Positions 54,453 through 62,719 of a stretch of DNA of 64,000 bases are shown here, piece by piece. Made by a program: the position numbers and the translations under genes. Source of the DNA: Candidatus Kaiserbacteria bacterium (GTDB lineage Bacteria; Patescibacteriota; Minisyncoccia; Phycocordibacterales; UBA2100). Location: NCBI GenBank assembly GCA_963767115.1, contig CAVYCR010000007.1, positions 21,863 to 85,862 of the forward strand, written 5' to 3'. Below the pieces are notes generated by a model. The model saw only the letters and a list, made by a program, of their open reading frames with translations, had not been told where the DNA came from and ran no database searches. The number at the start of each line of letters is the position of its first letter. Position 1 is the stretch's first letter.

Positions 54453-54538
54453 AGGTCGAAATTATACCAGAAAAAGAGGATTTTGTAAGCCCCAAAATAG
54501 TGATGTCCGACATCACTATATTTGGGATGTCCGACATC
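54442..54538. promoter_or_regulatory. Three copies of the palindrome ATGTC-N-GACAT in the GT2/pheS divergent intergenic region (putative operator set)
   Basis: The copies are:
- copy 1, 54442-54452, overlapping the GT2 start codon
- copy 2, 54502-54514, GATGTCCGACATC, embedded in a 23-bp palindrome at 54497-54519
- copy 3, 54526-54538, GATGTCCGACATC
Copies 2 and 3 are spaced 24 bp apart. Confidence 0.5.
54461..54469 (-). promoter_or_regulatory. Extended -10 TGGTATAAT, 8 nt upstream of the GT2 start codon (leaderless-type promoter)
   Basis: The plus strand reads attatacca. On the minus strand this is TGGTATAATttcgacctATG. Confidence 0.55.
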
Positions 54539-54582
54539 GCTATTCTAGTGAACTTTTGCTGAGAGAGGGGTATACTGGGCCG

Positions 54583-55320
54583 ATGCAAAGCGACCCAAAA
54601 GGCCATATCCATCCCATTTCTTCACTTATACGCGAGGCGAACCGTATTTTCTATGAAATGGGCTTTACCTTTGCCGAAGGGCCATTGCTTGAGAGCGAAT
54701 GGTACAACTTCGACGCGCTTAATTTCGAAAAAGATCATCCCGCTCGAGATATGCAGGACACCTTCTTTATGAAAGACGAACCGGGATATGTTTTGCGTAC
54801 TCACACATCGAACGTGCAGGTCAGATATATGGAATCTCAAATCGAAGCGGGCATAGTACCGCCGTATCGTATGGTTGTGATGGGAAAAGTGTTTCGTAAC
54901 GAAGCGACCGATATGACGCATGAAGCCGAATTCTTCCAAATAGAAGGAATGGTAATCGGAGAAGATATAACCCTTGCCCATTTGAAAGGCACCGTCACGG
55001 AATTCTTCAGCAAACTATTTAAAGGCGCGGTCGAAGTGCGATTTAGTCCTAGTTTTTTTCCTTTTGTTGAGCCTGCTATAGAAGTCGATATGCGTCTCAC
55101 GAGTCCGGACGCTCCGGAGAAATTGCGCGATAGATGGATAGAAGTGATGGGTGCGGGGATGGTTCATCCGAATGTTCTCAAAAACGCAGGTGTTGATCCT
55201 GAAAAATATCAAGGGTTTGCATTCGGTGGCGGCATTGATCGTCTTGCAATCTTGCGTTGGTCGATCGACGATATTCGTCTCATGCATTCGGCTGATCTGC
55301 GGTTCATTAATCAATTTTAA
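54583..55320 (+). CDS. pheS: Phenylalanine--tRNA ligase alpha subunit (catalytic core only, 245 aa)
   Basis: HPISSLIREANRIFYEMGFTFAEGPLLESEWYNFDALNFEKDHPARDMQDTFF...LRTHTSNVQVR...FRNEATDMTHEAEFFQIEG...FPFVEPAIEVD...GAGMVHPNVL. I chose ATG 54583; the long upstream extension in the ORF track is antisense to the GT2 gene. TATACT lies 6 nt upstream. Confidence 0.9.
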   Translation: MQSDPKGHIHPISSLIREANRIFYEMGFTFAEGPLLESEWYNFDALNFEKDHPARDMQDTFFMKDEPGYVLRTHTSNVQVRYMESQIEAGIVPPYRMVVMGKVFRNEATDMTHEAEFFQIEGMVIGEDITLAHLKGTVTEFFSKLFKGAVEVRFSPSFFPFVEPAIEVDMRLTSPDAPEKLRDRWIEVMGAGMVHPNVLKNAGVDPEKYQGFAFGGGIDRLAILRWSIDDIRLMHSADLRFINQF

Positions 55321-55328
55321 TTGTTGTT

Positions 55329-57161
55329 ATGAAAGTTTCCCGTAATTGGTTGCAAACCTACTTTCAGGATCCGCTGCCGGATGCGGAGACTCTTTCTGAC
55401 GCACTGACATTTCATGTCTTTGAGATCGATGGTGTCGAACATGTCGGCGAAGATGATGTCTTGGATGTAAAGATCACCGCCAATCGCGGGCATGATTGCT
55501 TGAGTCATCGAGGGATCGCCAAAGAGCTCTCGGCGATTCTCGACATGCCGATGATCAGAGATCCGTTGCGTATGCCGCTCTCACTTGAGCCCAAGACCGA
55601 TGCGCTTTCGATCACTATCGAAGACACATCGCTGTGTACGCGTTTTACGGCAGCTCTTATCAAGAATGTGAATGTAGGCCCGTCGCCGGAATGGCTGCGT
55701 AAGGCACTCGAAGCAGTCGGGCAGCGCAGTATCAACAACATCGTCGACGCGACCAATTACGTGATGCTCAACATCGGCCAGCCACTGCATGCCTTCGACA
55801 CAGAGAAGCTCGGTAAGACCACGGGCGACGGATCCATGTATGTAAGCTCAATCGCCGTGCGTCGTGCGCGCGAAGGGGAGAAGCTCGTCGGGCTTGATGA
55901 CAAAGAATACGCGCTCAGCACCTCGATGCTCGTCATCGCCGATCTCAACAACGGCGATGCGCCGATAAGCATCGCTGGTATCAAGGGCGGCAAGCCGACA
56001 GGTATCGATAGCGCGACGAAGAACATCATTCTCGAGGCGGCCAATTGGAACGGCGTGGCGATTCGCAAGACCTCGCAGGCTTTGAAGCTTCGCACCGATG
56101 CCTCGGCGCGTTTCGAGCAGGTGATCTCGCCGGAGCTCACCGCCTACGCGATACGCGATGTCGCAGATCTGATCCAGAACATCGCCGGCGGCGAGGTTGT
56201 TGGTTTCTATGATCAATATCCTGTCTCGGCTCCACAGCAAACGGTGGCTGTAAGCCTCGACAAAATCAACGCCGTGCTCGGTGCATCTTTCAAGGGCGCA
56301 GACGTCGAAGATGTATGGCGCCGACTCGATTTTGCACACACACAGGAGGGTGACACGTATACGATCCATGCGCCGTTCGAACGCCTCGACCTTACCATCC
56401 CTGAGGACCTCGTCGAAGAGGTCGGGCGCATTATCGGCTACGACAAGATCGTCGCCGTCGAACTCCCGTCGCTTCCGGAGAAGCCCGCGGTCAATCAGAA
56501 TTTCTATGCGGCGGAGAAAGTGCGCGAAGAATTGATCGCGCAAGGCTACTCTGAAGTATTCACGAGCGTCTTTGCGGAGAAGGGCGAGCGCGTCGTCCTC
56601 AACAAGGTCGACGGCGTGCGCCCGCGTCTGCGCGCTAACTTGGTGGACGGACTCGCCGAAGCTCTCAAGAAAAATATTCCCAACAAAGACCTGCTCGGCA
56701 TCAAGGAAGTGAAGCTTTTCGAAATCGGCACTGTCTGGCGCGATGGTGGGGAAATTCTCATGATCGGTACGATCAGTGAAAATGAACCAGCCAAAGAAAT
56801 GGTACTCGATGTCGATATGGGCGCTGAGCAGTACGAGCAATATCCGCTCTCATCTACCGTGCGGTATAAGACTTTTTCTAAATATCCCTATATCGTCAGA
56901 GATATTTCTTTCTGGCTTCCAATCGGAAATTCAACTCAGGATTATATTGAATTTATTAACACGACATTTAAAACAGCAGGTAATTCGTTGGGAGAAGCAC
57001 TATTCTGGGAAGTCGATGAATATGAAAAAGACTCAAGAAAGTCAATAACTTATCGTTTAATTTTCCAATCATCCGACCGCACACTTACCGATATCGAAGT
57101 TAATGCGATTATGGATACTGTGGCGGATGCATTGCGTGCGAAAGGGTTTGAAATCAGATAA
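55329..57161 (+). CDS. pheT: Phenylalanine--tRNA ligase beta subunit (610 aa, lacks the OB-fold tRNA-binding insert)
   Basis: MKVSRNWLQTYFQDPLPDAETLSDALTFHVFEIDGVEHVGEDDVLDVKITANRGHDCLSHRGIAKELSAIL. B3/4, B5 and C-terminal FDX-ACB-like regions are present. Confidence 0.9.
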   Translation: MKVSRNWLQTYFQDPLPDAETLSDALTFHVFEIDGVEHVGEDDVLDVKITANRGHDCLSHRGIAKELSAILDMPMIRDPLRMPLSLEPKTDALSITIEDTSLCTRFTAALIKNVNVGPSPEWLRKALEAVGQRSINNIVDATNYVMLNIGQPLHAFDTEKLGKTTGDGSMYVSSIAVRRAREGEKLVGLDDKEYALSTSMLVIADLNNGDAPISIAGIKGGKPTGIDSATKNIILEAANWNGVAIRKTSQALKLRTDASARFEQVISPELTAYAIRDVADLIQNIAGGEVVGFYDQYPVSAPQQTVAVSLDKINAVLGASFKGADVEDVWRRLDFAHTQEGDTYTIHAPFERLDLTIPEDLVEEVGRIIGYDKIVAVELPSLPEKPAVNQNFYAAEKVREELIAQGYSEVFTSVFAEKGERVVLNKVDGVRPRLRANLVDGLAEALKKNIPNKDLLGIKEVKLFEIGTVWRDGGEILMIGTISENEPAKEMVLDVDMGAEQYEQYPLSSTVRYKTFSKYPYIVRDISFWLPIGNSTQDYIEFINTTFKTAGNSLGEALFWEVDEYEKDSRKSITYRLIFQSSDRTLTDIEVNAIMDTVADALRAKGFEIR

Positions 57162-57238
57162 AAAGATTGGCTGCCGCGCTGTTAAGCGTGGCAGCCGGGT
57201 ACTTGGATACAAGACGCACCTCAGGTTACAGAGTGTCG

Positions 57239-57412
57239 TCAATCAGAAGCGACACTCTTAGGGCCGATTTCCACGAAGTTCGGCGCCCTGGCCGACATCA
57301 TTGGAAAGCGGTACGGATCGTACGCAGACGAATGTTGTTGAGCATGGTAATTGGGCACCACAGCCAACAAGACAACGAACAAGAGACCTAACGCAAACCA
57401 CCCTACCTTCAT
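57239..57412 (-). CDS. Small (57-aa) membrane/secreted protein
   Basis: MKVGWFALGLLFVVLLAVVPNYHAQQHSSAYDPYRFPMMSARAPNFVEIGPKSVASD. A strong SD sequence (GGGAGGA) lies 5 nt upstream of this internal ATG. The longer ORF-track start 57496 has no such signal. Confidence 0.5.
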   Translation of the reverse strand: MKVGWFALGLLFVVLLAVVPNYHAQQHSSAYDPYRFPMMSARAPNFVEIGPKSVASD

Positions 57413-57525
57413 ATAATCCTCCCATTTTTCTTTACAGCATATCACCGCACAGTACGATGATCCGAGTATTTTACGATATACATTTGTACAAGTCAATGAT
57501 TACCAATGGTGGATAATTTGATACA

Positions 57526-59562
57526 ATGCCGATACGAAATATGGCTGAAAAGGACACAAAAAAAGCTCATTACGACGCCTCCGACATTACCGTCCTCGAA
57601 GGCTTGGAAGCGGTACGCCGACGCCCGGGCATGTACATCGGTACGACCGGTCCCGACGGCTTGCACCACCTGATCTGGGAAATCTTCGACAACTCGCGCG
57701 ACGAAGCGATGGGCGGCTTCGCCAACGACATCGAGGTCGCTCTGCTTCCGGGCAATCGCGTGCGTGTGGCCGACAACGGCCGCGGCATTCCTGTCGACAT
57801 TCATCCCAAGACCAAACTCTCAGCACTCGATACGATCATGACCACGCTGCATGCGGGCGGCAAGTTTGGCGGCGGCGGCTACAAGGTCTCTGGCGGCTTG
57901 CACGGCGTTGGCGCGTCGGTGGTCAACGCCTTGTCGACCTACGCGCGCGTCGAGGTGCATCGCGATGGCGGACAGCATCTCCAGGAATACAAAAACGGCG
58001 GCAAGGCCGTCGCCAAGGTGAAGAAGATCGGTGCTTCAAAGCTCCACGGCACTATCACGGTCTTCGAGGCCGACCCGACTATCTTCGGAACGATCGAATA
58101 CAGCTTCGAGCGCGTCGTTGCGCACTTGCGCCAGCAGGCATACCTCGTCAAAGGCCTGCGTATCTCGATCATGGACTTGCGCAATGCAGGCAAAGTTGAT
58201 GATGAGAGCGTGTATTATCTGCGTGAGTTGGGACTCGATGCACCGTCGGTGACTTTCTACTTCGAGGGCGGCTTGCGCAGCCTCGTCGGATTTCAAAATC
58301 GCCACCAGGAGCCGGTGCACAAAACTATTTTCTATGTCGAGAAGGAGCAGGACGATGTGCAGGTAGAAATCGCGTTGCAATACGTCGACGACATCACTTC
58401 GCGCATCAGCACCTTTGCCAACAATATCTACACTGGCGAAGGCGGTACGCACCTCACCGGCTTCAAGACGGCGCTCACGCGCACACTCAACTCTGCGCTC
58501 AAGGCCGGCAAGGAAAGCGATAGCTTCACGGGCGACGATGTGCTCGAAGGTCTCACGGCGGTCATCTCGATCAAGATGCCGGAGATTCAGTTCGAAGGGC
58601 AGACGAAGGGCAAGCTGGGGAGCGTGGAGGCGCGTGGCGCTGTCGAGAGCGTCTTCGGCGAGGCCTTCTCAAGGTTTCTCGAAGAACACCCGGAAGAAGC
58701 GCGCGCGATCCTCGGCAAAGCGACGCTTGCGATGAAGGCCCGCAAAGCTGCGAAGGCTGCAAAAGACAGTATCCTCCGCAAAGGGGCGCTTGATGGCATG
58801 ACTTTGCCGGGCAAACTTGCAGACTGCCAGAGCAAGAGCGCCGCAGAGTCCGAGATCTTCATCGTGGAAGGGGACTCGGCCGGCGGTACCGCCAAGATGG
58901 GCCGCGACCGCCGCACGCAGGCTATATTGCCGCTGCGCGGTAAGATCCTCAACATCGAGCGCGCCCGCATCGACAAGATGCTCGCAAGCGAGCAGATCAA
59001 GAACCTCGTCGTCGCGCTCGGCACCGCTATCGGCGACATCTTCGACATCCAGAAGCTCCGCTATCACAAGATCATCATCGCGACGGATGCAGACGTCGAC
59101 GGAGCCCACATCCGCACGCTCCTCCTGACCCTTATGTATCGCCATTTCAAGCCGATCATCGACGGCGGGTATCTCTACATCGCGCAGCCGCCGCTCTTTA
59201 AGATCAAGAAGGGCAAGGAAACTTTCTATGCATACAGCGACGAAGAGCGCATTGCGATCGTCGGCAAGGACATGCCCATCGAGACAGAATCAGATCAAGC
59301 TGAAGAAGAGCCCGAGGAGGAAGTTGAATCAAAGAAAAGAACTCCTAAAATTTCTGTCCAACGCTACAAGGGCTTGGGCGAAATGAACTCCGAGGAGCTG
59401 TGGGAGACCACGATGGACCCGGCGCGCCGCATGCTCAAGCAGGTAGGCGTCGAAGACGCGCAAGACGCCGACATGGTCTTCGACATGCTCATGGGTACTG
59501 ATGTGCCTGCCAGAAAGAGCTTTATTCAAAGTCACGCGAAAGAGGCTACGTTGGACATTTAG
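57526..59562 (+). CDS. gyrB: DNA gyrase subunit B
   Basis: YDASDITVLEGLEAVRRRPGMYIGTTGPDGLHHLIWEIFDNSRDEAMGG...GGLHGVGASVVNALS...EGDSAGG...PLRGKILNIE...IIIATDADVDGAHI. An alternative start is at 57541. Confidence 0.95.
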   Translation: MPIRNMAEKDTKKAHYDASDITVLEGLEAVRRRPGMYIGTTGPDGLHHLIWEIFDNSRDEAMGGFANDIEVALLPGNRVRVADNGRGIPVDIHPKTKLSALDTIMTTLHAGGKFGGGGYKVSGGLHGVGASVVNALSTYARVEVHRDGGQHLQEYKNGGKAVAKVKKIGASKLHGTITVFEADPTIFGTIEYSFERVVAHLRQQAYLVKGLRISIMDLRNAGKVDDESVYYLRELGLDAPSVTFYFEGGLRSLVGFQNRHQEPVHKTIFYVEKEQDDVQVEIALQYVDDITSRISTFANNIYTGEGGTHLTGFKTALTRTLNSALKAGKESDSFTGDDVLEGLTAVISIKMPEIQFEGQTKGKLGSVEARGAVESVFGEAFSRFLEEHPEEARAILGKATLAMKARKAAKAAKDSILRKGALDGMTLPGKLADCQSKSAAESEIFIVEGDSAGGTAKMGRDRRTQAILPLRGKILNIERARIDKMLASEQIKNLVVALGTAIGDIFDIQKLRYHKIIIATDADVDGAHIRTLLLTLMYRHFKPIIDGGYLYIAQPPLFKIKKGKETFYAYSDEERIAIVGKDMPIETESDQAEEEPEEEVESKKRTPKISVQRYKGLGEMNSEELWETTMDPARRMLKQVGVEDAQDADMVFDMLMGTDVPARKSFIQSHAKEATLDI

Positions 59563-59596
59563 CTCGTTCCGTTCAGACAATCCTTGACTGCCAAAC

Positions 59597-59626
59597 AAAA
59601 ACCGCCGCGTTGGATGCGGCGGTTTT
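59597..59626. terminator. Bidirectional terminator (aaaaa ccgccgc gttggat gcggcgg tttt)
   Basis: 7-bp GC stem flanked by an A-run and a T-run, between convergent gyrB (+) and 59656 (-). Confidence 0.6.
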
Positions 59627-59655
59627 CGTATATCAAGGCTAAGCCTCGATGACTT

Positions 59656-60699
59656 TTAGTAATTCGTGGGGTAGACGCCGTAGTATCCGCTGGTGGGGTA
59701 GTAGGCGTAGGCGGGTACGAATACCTCCGCGCTGTTGTTGGAGTAGTTGGATTCGCGCACGCCGCCGCCGGGGTTCACCGAGACGCTAAAGGTGCCGCCG
59801 CCCGCTGTCACAGGTGAGAAGCGCAGCGTGTTGATGATCGAAGCGCCGGGCGCAAGCGAAGCTTGTGCAGGCGAGCTATAGAGATACCCGCCCTGATATC
59901 CGTTTTGGGTCGGAAGGCTTGCTTGGAAGTAATAGACACCTGTCGGGCTGCCGCCGATATTTTGGATATCGAACTCAACCGCTGAGACTTCGCTTGCTGA
60001 CATCGCAGCACCCGAGGTAAACGCGCCGGTCGTCGGGTCGATGGTACCGACCGCGATGATGCGCACGGCGAGATCAGCCGGAGTGTAGTACGTCGGCGCG
60101 CGGTAGGTCGTCGTCGGTCTCGTGGCAGTGGTAGCAGGCTTCGACGTCTGTGTAGTCTGCGTTTGTGTCTGCGTCATCGCGGTGTTGGACCCGGGATGAA
60201 TCGTGATCGTCGCATTGCCCGTGATCTGCGTGCTGCCGTCTGCCGGGTTGAAGACGATCGAGACGGGGACGCTCACCGAGCTTGTCGCGGTAGGCGAGAG
60301 CAGGGGAACTACTTGCGCCGACTGCACCGTGCTCGAGGCGAGCGCGATCGCGTTGCCGCATTGGATCGGAGTGGCCGTGTTGGTCGTCGGGTCGATCGTG
60401 TCAAACTGGAAGTTGTCCTGGCACTGGTAGAGGAAGGCGTAGGTACCGGAGGCGCTTGAGCTGTTGGTCCACGAGATGGTGACCGGTGCGCCCGCCGTCG
60501 CGTCGCTCGGCGCGTTGACCGTGATGGAGGGTGTGTTGTTGCCCTGGAAAAGGCCCGAGAACCAGCCCGAAGAGAGGCTGACCAAATGCACGATGCCCCA
60601 GATAATAATGACGATCAGGATAATAAGGCCAATAATGGCAAGGATGTTGGAAAGCGTGCTCGGCTTCCGCTCCTGCGAGCTGTGCGTTTGGTCTGGCAT
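59656..60699 (-). CDS. N-terminally anchored surface protein with a Thr-rich linker and a CARDB-like C-terminal domain
   Basis: TM helix ILAIIGLIILIVIIIWGIVHLV, then linker TQTQTQTTQTSKPATTATRPTTTY. The C-terminal segment DLAVRIIAVG...EFDIQNIGGSPTGVYYFQASLP...LAPGASIINTLRFSPVTAGGGTFSVSVNPGGGVRESNYSNN resembles CARDB. The start is uncertain (ATG 60699 or 60717, TTG 60735). Confidence 0.65.
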   Translation of the reverse strand: MPDQTHSSQERKPSTLSNILAIIGLIILIVIIIWGIVHLVSLSSGWFSGLFQGNNTPSITVNAPSDATAGAPVTISWTNSSSASGTYAFLYQCQDNFQFDTIDPTTNTATPIQCGNAIALASSTVQSAQVVPLLSPTATSSVSVPVSIVFNPADGSTQITGNATITIHPGSNTAMTQTQTQTTQTSKPATTATRPTTTYRAPTYYTPADLAVRIIAVGTIDPTTGAFTSGAAMSASEVSAVEFDIQNIGGSPTGVYYFQASLPTQNGYQGGYLYSSPAQASLAPGASIINTLRFSPVTAGGGTFSVSVNPGGGVRESNYSNNSAEVFVPAYAYYPTSGYYGVYPTNY

Positions 60700-60779
60700 G
60701 GCGGCACTCTTGCACATGAGAGGGGTACTTGTCAAGCATTGACAAAAGTGGTGTATTGCGTTATCATAGTGGTACCAAT

Positions 60780-61523
60780 ATGCCCGCTCAATATAGCCAT
60801 ATTTCGACCCATTCGACTACAGCGACACGCAAGCCGCCGATCGCTGTCTTTCTTGCTGCTACGGTAGTTATCTTCTTCTGCACCCTCTCAGCGGCCGATT
60901 CGATCGGCTTTGTCCCGTACTACATCGACGGCACCGACCCTAATGGTGCGACGACTGACACCTCCGTCAACACAAGTGTTCCGCTCTCATCGCTGCCGCA
61001 GACAGGTGAGACGGCCTCCAATACTACTCAGGCATCGACTCAGACGACTACGCAAAGTGCAGGCGTCGAGCCGGTACGCCTCATCATCCCGGGCGCCAAC
61101 ATCGACCTTCCGGTGCAAAACCCCTCGACCACCGACGTCGATACGCTCGACAACCTCCTCAAGAACGGCCCTGCGCACTACATCGACTCCGCGGGCCTCG
61201 GCGAGAGCGGCAACGTCATCATCTTCGCGCACAGCTCGCACTTGCCGATCGTCACCAACAAAATGTTCCAAGCCTTCAACAACGTCCCCAACCTCGACCC
61301 GGGCGCTTCTATCACGGTGGTCGGCGCTGACGGCAAAGACTATCTCTACACCGTCGAGAGCGTCGTGAAGGCCACGACCGACGGCGGCACCGAGATCGAC
61401 ACCTCAGCCTCCGTGGGCCAGAAGCTCACCCTCGTCACCTGCGACACCCTTACCGGCGTCTCGGCCCGCTTCGTCCTGACGGCGGATTTCGTCGGCGTCT
61501 CGAATACTGCAACGAGCCTCTAG
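60780..61523 (+). CDS. Sortase-family transpeptidase
   Basis: N-terminal TM helix PIAVFLAATVVIFFCTLSA. The catalytic His lies in NVIIFAHSS and the TLxTC motif in KLTLVTCD. Promoter TTGACA (60739-60744), 17-nt spacer, TATCAT lies upstream. I chose ATG 60780. Confidence 0.85.
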   Translation: MPAQYSHISTHSTTATRKPPIAVFLAATVVIFFCTLSAADSIGFVPYYIDGTDPNGATTDTSVNTSVPLSSLPQTGETASNTTQASTQTTTQSAGVEPVRLIIPGANIDLPVQNPSTTDVDTLDNLLKNGPAHYIDSAGLGESGNVIIFAHSSHLPIVTNKMFQAFNNVPNLDPGASITVVGADGKDYLYTVESVVKATTDGGTEIDTSASVGQKLTLVTCDTLTGVSARFVLTADFVGVSNTATSL

Positions 61524-61546
61524 GATACGGGTAAACGCACCATTCA

Positions 61547-62197
61547 CTATGAGCTTGATCGGGGCTTGCGATCTACGAATTCTTTTACGATACGCTGAAG
61601 CGTGTCTCGGATTTCTTCGCGCGGCACTTCATAACCCGGCATGTATTTGATCGCAGTGTCGGTGATGTCGTCGAAATACACAAGACTTTTGAGAATCAGG
61701 TTTTGATCGAGTTGCGGGAATTTCTCGGATGCATCCGCGAGGAGCTCCGAGAGAGGCAGTGTGCGCAGTATGAAAAAAAGATCGACATAATCCTTGAGCG
61801 TTGCGCGGCTCGTGATCGCGGAGAGCTTCATGCACCCGATGTCCGCGATCGAAGCGAGCCGCAGCTCGGCTGTTTCCACCACGTCTGCCACCAGAGGGTA
61901 CGGGAATCCGAAAAAACTGATCGACACGCTCTCGTCAAGCATCACCGAGAGCGTGTCGCGTTCATCCTGTGTCTTGAGCAGATGGTGTGCGGCAAACATC
62001 TCTCGGATCTCTTCAAAGAGTGCGGCAGTATCGAATGACTCGCGGGAGAAGAAGTCGAAATCGACGCTGTCGCGATGTCCGATCTGGAGCGCGAGTCCCG
62101 TGCCGCCTGCAAGGTAAAAACGTTCCTTAATCGATGAGAATGACGGCACCAAAGCGCGACGCGTCTCGTCGAGGATCTCGTAGTGAAGCTCTTTCAT
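61547..62197 (-). CDS. Nucleotidyltransferase AbiEii/AbiGii-family toxin-like protein
   Basis: FYLAGGTGLALQIGHRDSVDFDFFS...IADIGCMKLSAITSRATLKDYVDLFFIL is typical of the AbiEii (type IV TA toxin) family. Confidence 0.75.
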   Translation of the reverse strand: MKELHYEILDETRRALVPSFSSIKERFYLAGGTGLALQIGHRDSVDFDFFSRESFDTAALFEEIREMFAAHHLLKTQDERDTLSVMLDESVSISFFGFPYPLVADVVETAELRLASIADIGCMKLSAITSRATLKDYVDLFFILRTLPLSELLADASEKFPQLDQNLILKSLVYFDDITDTAIKYMPGYEVPREEIRDTLQRIVKEFVDRKPRSSS

Positions 62198-62466
62198 GCG
62201 AAACGCCCTTCGCGTGCCGGCCTTGTATCATAGACAAGCGCCCAAAGCTCAAGCGATTTCCGACCCCAATCGCTTCGCGCAGAAGCTTGGATTGCATCAC
62301 GAATTTCATCGGTTGAATACGTCGCGCGCAGCCAATCAGTCGCTTTCGCGCTGCCGTGGTCGAGCACCTGCTTGATGATCAGCGACTTGTCGCGCTCAAG
62401 ATCCAGTCGCGAGAGATCGTATGACCAGAGAAACGGAGCAAGAAAAGCAGGGATTGGTACACTCAT
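62194..62466 (-). CDS. Putative cognate antitoxin / small partner protein of the AbiEii-like gene
   Basis: 90-aa ORF overlapping the toxin start by 4 nt (ATGA). Sequence: FLWSYDLSRLDLERDKSLIIKQVLDHGSAKATDWLRATYSTDEIRDAI. The partner role is inferred from its operon position. Confidence 0.55.
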   Translation of the reverse strand: MSVPIPAFLAPFLWSYDLSRLDLERDKSLIIKQVLDHGSAKATDWLRATYSTDEIRDAIQASARSDWGRKSLELWALVYDTRPAREGRFA

Positions 62467-62472
62467 ACTGCA

Positions 62473-62481
62473 ATTATACCA
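62473..62481 (-). promoter_or_regulatory. Extended -10 TGGTATAAT, 6 nt upstream of the antitoxin ATG (leaderless-type promoter)
   Basis: The plus strand reads attatacca. On the minus strand this is TGGTATAATtgcagtATG. Confidence 0.55.
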
Positions 62482-62506
62482 TAATCATATTCTAAGGAGA
62501 TATAAA

Positions 62507-62652
62507 GCGGCACCGAGATAGATACCTCGCCCTCGGTAGGCAAGAAGCTCAACCTCGTCACCTGCGACACCCTCACCGGCGTCTCGGCCCGCTTCGTCCT
62601 CACCGCCGATTTCGTCAAAAAGTATTTGTATTTGACATTCTATAATATTTAG
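62507..62652 (+). pseudogene. Orphan duplicate of the sortase 3' end
   Basis: 62507-62616 aligns without gaps to 61384-61493, with about 13 mismatches in 110 nt by hand alignment. It translates in frame as DTSPSVGKKLNLVTCDTLTGVSARFVLTADFV, compared with DTSASVGQKLTLVTCDTLTGVSARFVLTADFV in the intact gene. A different tail follows, ending at TAG 62650-62652. Confidence 0.75.
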
Positions 62653-62719
62653 TGATTAATGTTATGAGATCGCTCGAATGGCTCGAGTGGATTGTCCTTA
62701 AAGTCATGAGGAGTTGATA

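Noticed and set aside
54503-54562. A 19-codon uORF (MSDITIFGMSDIAILVNFC) as a pheM-like attenuation leader peptide for pheST.
   Set aside because: It has only two Phe codons, and no alternative terminator/antiterminator hairpins were found. The duplicated MSDI simply reflects the palindromic operator copies. It is kept only as an alternative reading in the operator finding.
54172-54582. 5' extension of the pheS ORF back to 54172. Similar cases are 36138 for tkt-N, 35597 for rpe, 3991 for gatB and 53263 for the Trx-like gene.
   Set aside because: The extensions overlap neighbouring genes or run antisense through them, and they lack homology. Internal ATGs coincide with the start of homology and with a -10 box 6-8 nt upstream.
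55848-56840. 330-aa minus-strand ORF inside pheT.
   Set aside because: It is antisense to a well-supported pheT, has no recognisable motifs, and is a typical shadow ORF.
57169-57196. An 11-bp hairpin (ggctgccgcgc tgttaa gcgtggcagcc) after pheT, considered as a terminator.
   Set aside because: It has one G-T pair and no U-tract on either strand. It overlaps a spurious 74-aa ORF. It is a plausible structure, but the support is too weak to list as a feature.
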